This document shows, piece after piece, positions 9,557-19,200 of a stretch of DNA of 64,000 nucleotides. The notes under the pieces were generated by a model. It saw only the letters and a program-made list of their open reading frames with translations. It did not search any database and had not been told where the DNA came from. Position numbers and translations under genes: made by a program. Source of the stretch: Promethearchaeota archaeon (GTDB lineage: Archaea; Asgardarchaeota; Lokiarchaeia; Sigyniarchaeales; SOKP01); NCBI GenBank assembly GCA_016839585.1, contig JAEOTZ010000070.1, positions 1 to 64,000 of the forward strand, given 5' to 3'. How positions within the stretch are numbered: position 1 is the stretch's first letter; each line of letters starts with the position of its first letter.

Positions 9557-12500
9557 TTATTTTTTTTTAATCAGGTTTATCGATTCATTATATCCTTTTT
9601 CAGTTAAACTATAAATTCTAGGAAGATCTCCGTAGATTAGGTTTCCTTTTTTTATCTTTTTAGTTTCTCTTTTTAATTCAATCAGCCCCATATTTACCAA
9701 CTTCTTGAGAAATCGATTTATTATTTCTTTATTATGTCCTATAAAATCAATTAATTCATTGCCACTAATTTCATTATTATTTTTCTTTATAATGATTTCA
9801 TAAATAAGAGATAGATATTTTTTCCAACCCTCACCATATTTAAATTCTTTTCTAAGAGGATCATTAATTTTGATATTTTTGAATTTAAAATTATTAATAT
9901 TTCTGAGAATATTTATATAATTTGACTTTGCTTTCTCTTTAATATCTTTAAACTCTTTTCCAAAGATTTTATCAATATGTTTAATAAACTGGAAATGAGT
10001 TATAATTTTGTGACAATTGGAACAAAGAGCAACACATTCTTCTTCTTTTAATATTTTAATTATTTTTAGAACGTCAAACTTATTTATTTCGTCCCATCTA
10101 GATTTTTTTTTATTTGAATCTTCATTTCTATGATGGAAATCAAAGCTAGGTAAATTGTTTTGAATATGAATTTCCCCGCATCCTATACATTTTCCATTAT
10201 ATAGATTCTCAATAATGAATCTTTTCTTGAGCCATCTCTTGATTTGTGTTTTAAAACTACTTTTTTTTGAGGGAGTTAATTCCCTTAAATCTAGAGATGT
10301 CTCAATATAGTTATTAATAATTTTATCAATTTCATCAGGGGTGTTTTCAAAAAGATCATTTTTTAAAATTATTTTCTTGAATTTCTTAAAGATTTTAACT
10401 TGCTTTTTTGAATGGCAATTTGCACATAATAAGGAAACATTCTCTTTTTCTAACTCCTTAATAATGATATTTAAATTTTTATTGAAAATATCACCTAAAT
10501 TAGTTTTCTTAATTTTTTTATCTTTATGATGAAATTCTAAAGCACTAAGTTTTGTCAAATCGGTCTTGCATTCACTGCATTTTATCTTTGATTTTGAACC
10601 TAATAATTTCAATATAACAAAAATTTTCTTTTTATATTTTCTTATCGCATCTTCCTCTAATCTACATTCTTTACACTTACTTTCTAAAGATTGCTCTGAT
10701 TTATTGCTAAACTCACTATATGGCTTAATTTCATGACATTGACCACATTCCTTTCTATAACCATCATCATATAAAATTTGAAATTTCAATTTTTCTGCTT
10801 TAAACTCATCACTATTATCATTTAAATAATCAATTAATTCAGAAATGAAACTTAAAAGAGTACGTCGAGAAAGACCCAAAGTTACTTTTTTATTAATTAA
10901 CCTCGAAACAAATCGTTTTATATTGAAGATATTTCCAGTCTTCTTAATTTCTATACTTTTAAGATTTAGTTCATTAATAAGCATTACCAAATCCTTAAAA
11001 TAAAACTTAAGAGCATCAATTTCATTTTTATTGTGCACCTTTTTACTTAACTTATCCAATTCCATTCTTGGTATCTTATTAACCCATTCGGGTCTAATAT
11101 GCTCAATTTTAAAACTTTTTATTAAATATTCTACAATATCTTGATAAGTTGATATTATATTTTCATTATTTTGACTTAAACAATTAAAAATAGCTAAACT
11201 AATTATTAATCTTGCATTTCTTGGGAATTTTTTAATTGTATTAATACCCCTAGTAGACACCATATCAGTTAATTCTTTTTTATATATGTCAAGTCTAGTA
11301 AAAAAATTACTCAAAATCAATTTCCTTAAGCCTTGATCGAAATCCCAGCCCCATCTTATGTAATTTTTAGTATAATGTTTAAAAGGTTCCCCAAAAATTT
11401 GGATTAAATTTTCAGTATCGAGTTTAGTTAAAATAGATATGAGTTTTCTTCTTTTTTCTTCAGAAATATCTGACTTATTGATGATTTGGGCAATTAATTG
11501 TTTATCAATTTCGTTCAAATCCTTTAATGAGTCCATATTTTCCTTAATACATGCCTTCCAATTATAATTAAGAAGAAAGTTTTCATCGCTGGTCGTTTCT
11601 TTAAGTCTTCTTAGTTTTTGAGCGAGATGCTTCACAAATCTAGTTTTTTGTTCAGTAATACGTTCTTTAAACCAAATAATATTTCTATTATAGAAAGTTT
11701 TAAACCTTTCAAAAGCAATAAATAGTCCTTCTAAATATTCTGTTAATTCACTAACTTTATCTATCAATTTCTCAATCTCAATGATTTCCTCTTTAGTGTG
11801 ATTAGGTTTTGCTAGTAAATCCATCAATATTTTTTCGAGTTTTCTAACACTTCGATATTTCCTGATTATTTCAATCAATTCATCTTTACTTTCTTTTGAG
11901 ATTTCATTCTCATCAGCGTCATTTATCCATTTTTCTAATAGAATTTCCCATTCTTCTTTGATTTCCTCATGCTCTTTCTTTTCTAGATTTTCTTTTTTGG
12001 ATTCCTGTTGTTCCTTTAACCATTCTTCAAAACTTTTAGTAATCTTTCCTGCATATATAGGGCGTCTTCTTGTTTGTTCTTTATATTTTTCCTTAAGTTC
12101 CTTCGAAATCTCTTGAGTTTTTTCGTTATGAGTGCTTGATCTTATCTCTTCTTCTTTTTTAATCTCTGCTTTAACTTCATTGGTTTCTTCATTTTTGATA
12201 AAATTTTTTTCTTTGGTTTCTCTTGATTCCTTATTAATCTCTTTATCTGATTTTTTCTCATCCTTTTGACTATTTATTTCTTGTTTCGATTCTTGATTTT
12301 CTGTTTTTATTTCTTGTGATTTTTGAATATCCTGCGATTTCTCTAAAGCAACTATTTCAGCAATAAAGCTAGCCAACTTTGATAATTCAGGAGAAGAATA
12401 TTCATTATTTGCATAAACTAAAACCTCTTCTTTTTCTTGACTTTCATGATCTTCATCATCTTCAAATTCAAATGTATCATCAGGAACTAGGATCGGATAT

Positions 12501-13489
12501 ATTTCCTCTCCAGCTAAATCTTCAGGATCTGCCCAATCTCCATCAGGCCATTGATCTGACTCTTGATCAGGAGTTCTTATAGGTTCTTGATCCTCATCCC
12601 TCGCAACTTCAAAAGTATCATCTGGAAGAGGTATTTCATTCAATTCTTCTCCTGCTAAATCTTCTGGATTTGCCCAATCTCCATCAGACCATTGATCTGA
12701 TTCTTGTTCGGGAGATTCTACGGGTTCTTGATCTTGATCACTTGAATTATCAAATGTATCATCAGGAACCGAAATCGAATATATTGCCTCTCCAGCTAAA
12801 TCTTCAGGATCTGCCCAATCTCCATCGGGCCATTGATCTGACTCTTGCTCAGGAGTTTCTACAGGTTCCTGATCTGGTTCACTTACTTGTTCAAATGTAT
12901 CATCTGGTATTGGAATCTCTGGGATCTCTTGTCCTGCTAGATCGTCGGGATTTGCCCAATCTCCATCAGGCCATTGATCAGGCTCTTGTTCTTGATCACC
13001 TGGAAAGTCAAAGGTATCATCTGGTACTGGAATTTCAGGAATTTCATCACCAGCCAATTCCCAATCATCCTCTCCATCTGGAATCTCCTCTTGTTCAGGT
13101 TCTTCTTCAGGAGTATCAACAGGCTCATTAATATTTTCTTCTACTGATTCGGTTTCAGGGGGTAGCATAACTGTAACAGTTCCGTTCCTCCCTTGATTTG
13201 GGTTATAATTATCGTTTATATCCTCCTCATCATTACTTTCCTCATTATTATCAGATGTGGTTTCCCCATCATCGTTATTATCAGAAGTTGTATCTTGATC
13301 ATTATCATTTTCTTCACCCCAGTCATATTCTTCATTGGGATCAAAGCTATCACTCCAATCATATTCCTCATCGGGATCAAAATTATCACTCCAGTCGTAA
13401 TCTTCATTTGGATCAAACTCCTCCTCGGTATCACCATCTGGCTCATTTTCTGGCTCTCCTTCATCGTATTCATCGCCAGATTCACTAAT
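9557..13489 (-). CDS. Giant acidic-repeat protein with Zn finger, two HNH-like nuclease domains and C-terminal wHTH (~1310 aa with ATT start)
   Basis: Frame open 107 codons upstream of ATG 13168 to ATT 13489, GGAGG 9 nt upstream; CGQC..CKEC; CSEC..LEFHH..LCANCH; CIGC..FDFHH..LCSNCH; RFLKKLVNMGLI..YSLTEKG. Confidence 0.75.
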   Translation of the reverse strand: MSESGDEYDEGEPENEPDGDTEEEFDPNEDYDWSDNFDPDEEYDWSDSFDPNEEYDWGEENDNDQDTTSDNNDDGETTSDNNEESNDEEDINDNYNPNQGRNGTVTVMLPPETESVEENINEPVDTPEEEPEQEEIPDGEDDWELAGDEIPEIPVPDDTFDFPGDQEQEPDQWPDGDWANPDDLAGQEIPEIPIPDDTFEQVSEPDQEPVETPEQESDQWPDGDWADPEDLAGEAIYSISVPDDTFDNSSDQDQEPVESPEQESDQWSDGDWANPEDLAGEELNEIPLPDDTFEVARDEDQEPIRTPDQESDQWPDGDWADPEDLAGEEIYPILVPDDTFEFEDDEDHESQEKEEVLVYANNEYSSPELSKLASFIAEIVALEKSQDIQKSQEIKTENQESKQEINSQKDEKKSDKEINKESRETKEKNFIKNEETNEVKAEIKKEEEIRSSTHNEKTQEISKELKEKYKEQTRRRPIYAGKITKSFEEWLKEQQESKKENLEKKEHEEIKEEWEILLEKWINDADENEISKESKDELIEIIRKYRSVRKLEKILMDLLAKPNHTKEEIIEIEKLIDKVSELTEYLEGLFIAFERFKTFYNRNIIWFKERITEQKTRFVKHLAQKLRRLKETTSDENFLLNYNWKACIKENMDSLKDLNEIDKQLIAQIINKSDISEEKRRKLISILTKLDTENLIQIFGEPFKHYTKNYIRWGWDFDQGLRKLILSNFFTRLDIYKKELTDMVSTRGINTIKKFPRNARLIISLAIFNCLSQNNENIISTYQDIVEYLIKSFKIEHIRPEWVNKIPRMELDKLSKKVHNKNEIDALKFYFKDLVMLINELNLKSIEIKKTGNIFNIKRFVSRLINKKVTLGLSRRTLLSFISELIDYLNDNSDEFKAEKLKFQILYDDGYRKECGQCHEIKPYSEFSNKSEQSLESKCKECRLEEDAIRKYKKKIFVILKLLGSKSKIKCSECKTDLTKLSALEFHHKDKKIKKTNLGDIFNKNLNIIIKELEKENVSLLCANCHSKKQVKIFKKFKKIILKNDLFENTPDEIDKIINNYIETSLDLRELTPSKKSSFKTQIKRWLKKRFIIENLYNGKCIGCGEIHIQNNLPSFDFHHRNEDSNKKKSRWDEINKFDVLKIIKILKEEECVALCSNCHKIITHFQFIKHIDKIFGKEFKDIKEKAKSNYINILRNINNFKFKNIKINDPLRKEFKYGEGWKKYLSLIYEIIIKKNNNEISGNELIDFIGHNKEIINRFLKKLVNMGLIELKRETKKIKKGNLIYGDLPRIYSLTEKGYNESINLIKKK
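12470..13080 (-). repeat. 141-bp (47-aa) tandem coding repeat, 4 full units plus a partial one
   Basis: DQWPDGDWAxPEDLAGEEIxxIxxPDDTF units; CATCxGxCCA anchors at 12541, 12682, 12823, 12964. Confidence 0.9.
13310..13418 (-). repeat. 36-bp (12-aa) coding repeat x3
   Basis: FDPNEDYDWSDN / FDPDEEYDWSDS / FDPNEEYDWGEE; GGATCAAA at 13338, 13374, 13410. Confidence 0.85.
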
Positions 13490-13532
13490 AGATAATCTCC
13501 TCCAAAATTGTATTTATAAAATTGCTCATTAA

Positions 13533-15689
13533 TCAATTTTTCTCTTTAAGTTTAGTAGATTCTTCTACTGGATTATCACCACTCAGCTTAGAATCTAAAT
13601 TTAAAGGAATCCCACAGGCACTACAAAAATTATCATAAGGCTCTATGTAATTATCACATAAAGGGCATAACTTCTCAGGATTCTTTACAGTCTGGGGTGG
13701 TACTTTCTCATAATTAAAATCTATGGTATAAATAGCAAAATTTCGGCTATTAATACCATCTTTTACTATTGCTTTTCTTTTTCCTAAAAGCATTAAGGAA
13801 TCTTGCTCTTCTCTGTCATTCGTAAATAATTTAGTACAGCCATGTCCTAATGTAAATAAAATATGAATATTTGGAAGAGTATATATCGATTCGAATAGCT
13901 GAGAAGGTAATTGGGCAGTAGTTATAAGACCAATTCCTCTACTTCTAAAAGCTTCTAAGAAATTACAAAAAACCTCTTCTAGAAAATACTGTGATACAAA
14001 ATCATCATCACGAGCTATATTAGTGGCGGGTATTTTTAAGATATCTCCAACTTCATCTAAAATAACTAAGTTCTTTAATTCATTAGTTTTAATTTGAGGA
14101 AAAAAAATCTGTATCATCTGGAATATTAAATTGATTAAGAGCTTTTTCATAAATTTATTGCAAATAGATTCGGATATATCAATAAATACGTTTTTACCAT
14201 TCATCCATTCAATAAACCAATATGGCTTAATAGAAGGTAATCTTGTTATCTTATCTAAGATTGGAGATTTTACCCATTTATAAATCCGATTTTCAATAGC
14301 ATTCACAATATTGGTTTGGTATTCCTTATCATAGGGATGATCTTTAAACCAAATTAGAAGTTTTCCAACCAAGGACTTTAATGAGGGGGGAAGATCATTA
14401 TTTTTTTCAAAATATGCAATCATTGCATTGTACATAGCATGATCGACTGGCTGTTTTAATCCCATTGAGGAAACTAATAAAGCTGCTAATTCCTCAAATG
14501 TAACCTCAATATTTTCTCTTTTAAAGTAATATGGAACTCTAAAATCTGGATCTCCATATCTCAATGTTATATCCAAATTGTAAGGGATATCTTCTTTACT
14601 TTTCCTTAGACCAATAATCAGAACTCCACATTTAGGAATTTTTTTAGATATCTCATGCTGTAAAAAGTTTACAAATCTGGTTTTTCCAACTCCCGTTTTA
14701 CCGCCTACAAAAGCATGACGAGTAAGATCATTAACTGGTAATGAAGCTATTCTTTCCGTTATTACTCCACGACTTATATAATACCCAAGAGAAATCTCAT
14801 TTTTATTAGGTCTTTGAGTAAAACTTATATTTTCATTTCTTACATGAATTGCTTTATCAATTAGTATATGTTCAGGAATTTCAAAATCCACAATTTCTGG
14901 ATTCACAAATCCAGGCATTTTATCTTCTGAAATTTGATCCTGAATACCTCTATAATACCTTCCTGTTACCTTACCTAAAAGGTTTTTCCAAAAAGGTCTT
15001 TCACTCAATATGTTCTCCCATGTCTCATTTGGTGCCTGTCTAATGGTAGCTTTCATACCATCGATATTGTGGATATCAGTTGTTAAATATTCTATATGCC
15101 CTTTCAGTTCTTCCATTTGTTTTTCAATATCTGAACTTTCATCGAACCTCGGCATTATAGAAACAAAGATTTTTATTTTGTAATTTTCATCAAGCTTATA
15201 TTCCTTTTCTAATTCTGTCTCTTCAATTCCTCCTCCTAATATAGAGTCATCTTTTTGCCATAGAACATATATCTTAATTGAGTGTTTGTTATTAAAGGTA
15301 AAAAGATTGATGATCTTTTTAAAAAGATTTATCTTTTTATTGAATGGTGGTTTTGGGAGTACAACTTCGAAAAAGATTTTCTTTTCATTTAATTTTTTGG
15401 AGTATAATGGTTTCACTTTCACAGTTCCTGATAATCCGGGATAAATTTCTTTTAAATAATCCAAAAATTTATATCCACTCTTGAGAGCTTCTGCTTTAGA
15501 ATTTTCTTTTAAAAAAAATTTCCATGAAAAATATTCATCATCTATTGTAAATTTTGTACCATATACATGACCATCGACAAAAGGATCGCATAACCACGAT
15601 ATGTTCTCTTCACTTTTGTTTTTCAGATTGGGAACTTGAGTTATTTTTATAACAGCATGATAAAACTCAGGTTTTACTATTATCACCAA
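13533..15689 (-). CDS. HerA/FtsK/VirB4-superfamily ATPase with C-terminal zinc ribbon
   Basis: RHAFVGGKTGVGKT (Walker A), LVILDE (Walker B), RSRGIGLITTAQLPS; CPLC...CSACG. Confidence 0.85.
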   Translation of the reverse strand: MVIIVKPEFYHAVIKITQVPNLKNKSEENISWLCDPFVDGHVYGTKFTIDDEYFSWKFFLKENSKAEALKSGYKFLDYLKEIYPGLSGTVKVKPLYSKKLNEKKIFFEVVLPKPPFNKKINLFKKIINLFTFNNKHSIKIYVLWQKDDSILGGGIEETELEKEYKLDENYKIKIFVSIMPRFDESSDIEKQMEELKGHIEYLTTDIHNIDGMKATIRQAPNETWENILSERPFWKNLLGKVTGRYYRGIQDQISEDKMPGFVNPEIVDFEIPEHILIDKAIHVRNENISFTQRPNKNEISLGYYISRGVITERIASLPVNDLTRHAFVGGKTGVGKTRFVNFLQHEISKKIPKCGVLIIGLRKSKEDIPYNLDITLRYGDPDFRVPYYFKRENIEVTFEELAALLVSSMGLKQPVDHAMYNAMIAYFEKNNDLPPSLKSLVGKLLIWFKDHPYDKEYQTNIVNAIENRIYKWVKSPILDKITRLPSIKPYWFIEWMNGKNVFIDISESICNKFMKKLLINLIFQMIQIFFPQIKTNELKNLVILDEVGDILKIPATNIARDDDFVSQYFLEEVFCNFLEAFRSRGIGLITTAQLPSQLFESIYTLPNIHILFTLGHGCTKLFTNDREEQDSLMLLGKRKAIVKDGINSRNFAIYTIDFNYEKVPPQTVKNPEKLCPLCDNYIEPYDNFCSACGIPLNLDSKLSGDNPVEESTKLKEKN

Positions 15690-15721
15690 TTTTTTTAGTT
15701 GTAATTAAAATGAACTAATGC

Positions 15722-15756
15722 TAAGTATTTATAAATAAAAAATTAGAATTTGAGAA
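15722..15756 (-). promoter_or_regulatory. Shared island promoter motif, copy 1
   Basis: TAAGTATTTATAAATAAAAAATTAGAATTTGAGAA (+ strand), closely similar to 24326-24359. Confidence 0.55.
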
Positions 15757-16349
15757 AGAGTAAATTTTAGAATATGTCCCAAACCTATTCCATTATGAAA
15801 TCTATGACAGAATATCACGAGAAGTTATGTATCAAACATTAATAATTGGTAATGATATGATAAGATTTCACTTACTTCTAATAAGTTAAATGTTATTTAG
15901 GTGGAAAGATTTCTGGATAAACTCCTTCTCCATCTGGAGAATATCTTTTAGCTTGTCTTAAGACTTTTCTATAAGAAATTTCTGGATCAATAAATCTTTT
16001 CTTGTCATTTCTCATAAGATTAAAAATTTGTCAGAGTCTAACAATTTCTTATTTTGACTGAATAATCTAAAATTTAAAATGAAATATAATTAATCATTCA
16101 AATAAATTTATAATGATGATTTCCATTCAATTTTTCAAAAATTAAATATTCCAAATTAGGTTATTATTAACCTACTTAACAATACTTTGAATAAAATTAG
16201 AGAGATTAATGACATTCCAGAACTTAAAAATAACAAAATACCCTCAATTGAAAATTTCACTAAATTTAGGGAATGGATTTTACAAAAACTTGATGAGATT
16301 GAAAAACTTATAAACTAATTAAATTATTTGTAGGTACTTAGTGCTGGGG

Positions 16350-16386
16350 GTCCTTATTCAAAAATGCTTTTCGAAGGAATTGAAAG
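16350..16386 (+). CRISPR. Solitary 37-nt CRISPR-like repeat (no array)
   Basis: GTCCTTATTCAAAAATGCTTTTCGAAGGAATTGAAAG: GT start, CTT-TTCG-AAG hairpin, ATTGAAAG 3' handle; 54 nt from the cas6 stop. Confidence 0.7.
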
Positions 16387-16440
16387 AATATCTTAATATT
16401 TTTCACCAAATAAAATTTACATTATCTTAGAAAAAGATCA

Positions 16441-17310
16441 TCATTTTACCAGTAAATCCTTTTCTGAAAGATAGAATTTAGAATAATAGCGAATTACTCC
16501 CATCCCTGCTGTTCGATTTGCCCCTACATTAGTATATTCGCCAAGTTTACATAAGATTTCCAACCACCTACAGTTATTCGAATAATCTTCATTGACAAAC
16601 TCGTAATCATATTCTCGATTTAATTTTATTAAGAAATGCTTGTAATAATTTTTATTTATTTTTGTTACTTTAAAGCTCGCATTTCCTAAAAAACCCACAA
16701 CAGGCTTTGGCTTACCTATATCTGTTCTAACTGTCCTCATTTTATGCCCGCTTACATACACATGAGCATTTACCCAATTTATAAAAGTTTCCCGATCGAT
16801 TTCTGCCTCACTCCTTAATATATCGTTCCAGATATTTACCAAATTCCCAAATAAAAGATTTGGAATTGGTAACCTCACAGGATAATCCCCCATGCTCGTA
16901 TTAAAATATGCCGGCTTAACAAAATTTAAGCTAAATACTTTTACTGGCTTTGCCTGTTCTAAAAATGTTCGAAAATTAAGACGCTCGATTTTAACTCTCG
17001 AAACAAAATAATTTTTTTCACCAATTCTAAGCTTAGCCTTTTCGTTTGACAATAAATCTTCAAGCAAAGTATCACTTAAAACCTCGTTGTAAGAAACTAA
17101 AATAAAATTAATTTTCGGAATTTTTTTGTCAATTTTACAATTTATTGAATATGGTCGAATTTCCTCGTATTCATGAAGTTGATGGACTAACTCTGGTTTA
17201 ATATTTTTTAACCACTCCATAATAACTCCACGAAAGATGTATCCATATGGATGATCGTAAGGCTTAATTCGTCCATCTTCCGGATACAATTCAAATGTTA
17301 ATTTTATCAT
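16441..17310 (-). CDS. cas6: CRISPR-associated endoribonuclease Cas6
   Basis: LHE..EIRPYS, VVGFLG, C-terminal G-loop GEYTNVGANRTAGMG. Confidence 0.92.
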   Translation of the reverse strand: MIKLTFELYPEDGRIKPYDHPYGYIFRGVIMEWLKNIKPELVHQLHEYEEIRPYSINCKIDKKIPKINFILVSYNEVLSDTLLEDLLSNEKAKLRIGEKNYFVSRVKIERLNFRTFLEQAKPVKVFSLNFVKPAYFNTSMGDYPVRLPIPNLLFGNLVNIWNDILRSEAEIDRETFINWVNAHVYVSGHKMRTVRTDIGKPKPVVGFLGNASFKVTKINKNYYKHFLIKLNREYDYEFVNEDYSNNCRWLEILCKLGEYTNVGANRTAGMGVIRYYSKFYLSEKDLLVK

Positions 17311-17362
17311 GCTCTTTATTTTAAAAAAAAAGATTTTAAGATTTATTATATTTTAAAAAGTC

Positions 17363-18700
17363 CTATTCAAATGCTTTAAACATATCTATAAATGTCAATT
17401 CAGAATAATTTTCTATAAATTTCTTTAGAAAAGAATCATTCATTTCTATAATTTTTTTTAAAAATTCTAATAATAATGTTTCAAATTCATTATAATCAAT
17501 TTTTTCAATTGGTATGAAACCATGTGCTAAAATTGACTCATTTCTTTTGTTTAATAAAGATAAAATTTTCTCTTCTCTTTCTTTGAAAAATTTAAATATC
17601 GGATCTTCGGGGTCTAGTTCGCCTAATAGACCAAAGCTTGCTTTTAATGCTAATTTATGATCATCTCCGAGAGATTCTTTCCCTTTTTGATAATAATTTT
17701 CAAAGAAAAATTCAGAACATTTCTCTATTATATCTGATGGAACTTGAGATGTATTAATTTTATACCCCTCTTTTAAACGAGTTTGAACTATTAATTCAAT
17801 TGTTCTATATAACCTGGCAATTGCATCATCAAAACACCCGATTATAGCTCTTCTTTTTGCATTGTTGAAGATATCCCATGATAAGATATAATTATTTTTT
17901 CGTGCTATGGTTTCTTTAAGTTTTTTGCCTAAAAATTTTTTTTCTTCTATTATTTTTTCTAAATATTCGATATATTTATAATAATACCTCCTATAAGGTT
18001 TTAATAAATCTAAAGCTTTATTATGATCAAATTTATCCCACGCCTCAATTGCATTAATTAAGTTCAAATAATTAATTAATTTTGAATGAATTTCTTCATT
18101 TATATCATATAAATCAGTTAGATCTTCTAATATATTTTTTGCTGATTGGAACTCATATTTATTAGCAAACATCATCGCCTGATTTATTTGTTTTTCGATC
18201 ATTGCTTTTGTATTCTTTATCAACCATTTTTTTTCTGTTCCATCCCTAACTTGAATTAAATCAGACCTCGTTCCCCGCATTATACAGAATACTATATTTC
18301 CAATTTCTAATCCAGAAACTACTAATCCTGCAGACATTGTCTTGGTTCCCCCTGTATAATCTAATATAATTTCTCCATTTGGATACTTTTTATTACATTT
18401 CTTAATAATTTTATGTGAGAGAGAATACATTTCATTGAGATTATCATATTTAGTTGTTTTAACGACTTCATAACTTTCTTGCATTAATTCAAGTTGTTCA
18501 ACTATGCTTGGAAGCGGCGATTTATCTTTTTCACGCGGGATACATGGTTTTCCCTTACCAGCTACTATACGCCAAGTTCCCTTTACAGTAGGAGAATCAT
18601 CTGAGCAAATAAAATAAATAAAATCAGGATTATTATCTCTAATAGAACTTATAATGGGTTGAAAACTTCCTCCGACTGTTATTATTAATATTTTTTCCAA
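17363..18700 (-). CDS. CARF-HEPN protein (TIGR02710 / Csm6-Csx1-like)
   Basis: ILIITVGGS..PI, DYTGGTKTMSAGL (CARF); DDAIARLYRTIE; RNESILAHG (HEPN). Confidence 0.88.
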   Translation of the reverse strand: MEKILIITVGGSFQPIISSIRDNNPDFIYFICSDDSPTVKGTWRIVAGKGKPCIPREKDKSPLPSIVEQLELMQESYEVVKTTKYDNLNEMYSLSHKIIKKCNKKYPNGEIILDYTGGTKTMSAGLVVSGLEIGNIVFCIMRGTRSDLIQVRDGTEKKWLIKNTKAMIEKQINQAMMFANKYEFQSAKNILEDLTDLYDINEEIHSKLINYLNLINAIEAWDKFDHNKALDLLKPYRRYYYKYIEYLEKIIEEKKFLGKKLKETIARKNNYILSWDIFNNAKRRAIIGCFDDAIARLYRTIELIVQTRLKEGYKINTSQVPSDIIEKCSEFFFENYYQKGKESLGDDHKLALKASFGLLGELDPEDPIFKFFKEREEKILSLLNKRNESILAHGFIPIEKIDYNEFETLLLEFLKKIIEMNDSFLKKFIENYSELTFIDMFKAFE

Positions 18701-18735
18701 TTTTTAAATCACTTATTTTAATTATTTTTTTTATT

Positions 18736-18978
18736 TTATACAAAAGTTAATAATCCTTTTTTAAATAATGAACTAAAAAATTCAATTTCTGCTGGATTTT
18801 TAGGGTTATAATTAAATAGAATTTTACTATATTTATAATCCATCACTAATGAATCTGAATTTAAAATCTTTTCAGAAATTTTTCTTTTTTCTTGTAAAGT
18901 TGTATAATTTAAAATTAATTCAAAATAATTAGTTAAACTATTTGCATCTATTATAAAGTTAAAATTAGATAGGTTCAA
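18736..18978 (-). CDS. Short hypothetical protein, possibly a truncated PIN-like fragment
   Basis: N-terminal FIIDANSL only; 80 aa. Confidence 0.3.
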   Translation of the reverse strand: MNLSNFNFIIDANSLTNYFELILNYTTLQEKRKISEKILNSDSLVMDYKYSKILFNYNPKNPAEIEFFSSLFKKGLLTFV

Positions 18979-19200
18979 AATATTATAATTCTTCAGCGTA
19001 AAATTAAATACTGGTTTAAAATAATAAAGTAAAAATTTGATTTTGGCGTTTTTAATTGATTTCTCAAATTTTAATTTATTAAAGTTATAAATTGAATTTC
19101 TATAATTACTCCAATTAAAAAAATTATTACTAAAGATTTCTGTTCGATTATTTTCATATGGATTTTCGTAGAAAAAATATTTTCCTCTTAATTTATACAG

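Noticed and set aside
12470-13420. W-acidic repeats as Arp2/3- or kinesin-TPR-binding motifs
   Set aside because: Resemblance is limited to 3-4 residues in low-complexity sequence; no supporting evidence
13193-13536. Track ORFs 13193..13495, 13198..13488 and 13216..13536
   Set aside because: Shadow frames of the acidic N-terminal extension of the HNH protein
16269-16305. Second degenerate CRISPR repeat ending ATTGAAAA
   Set aside because: Weak similarity, no hairpin, and it lies inside a protein-like remnant frame
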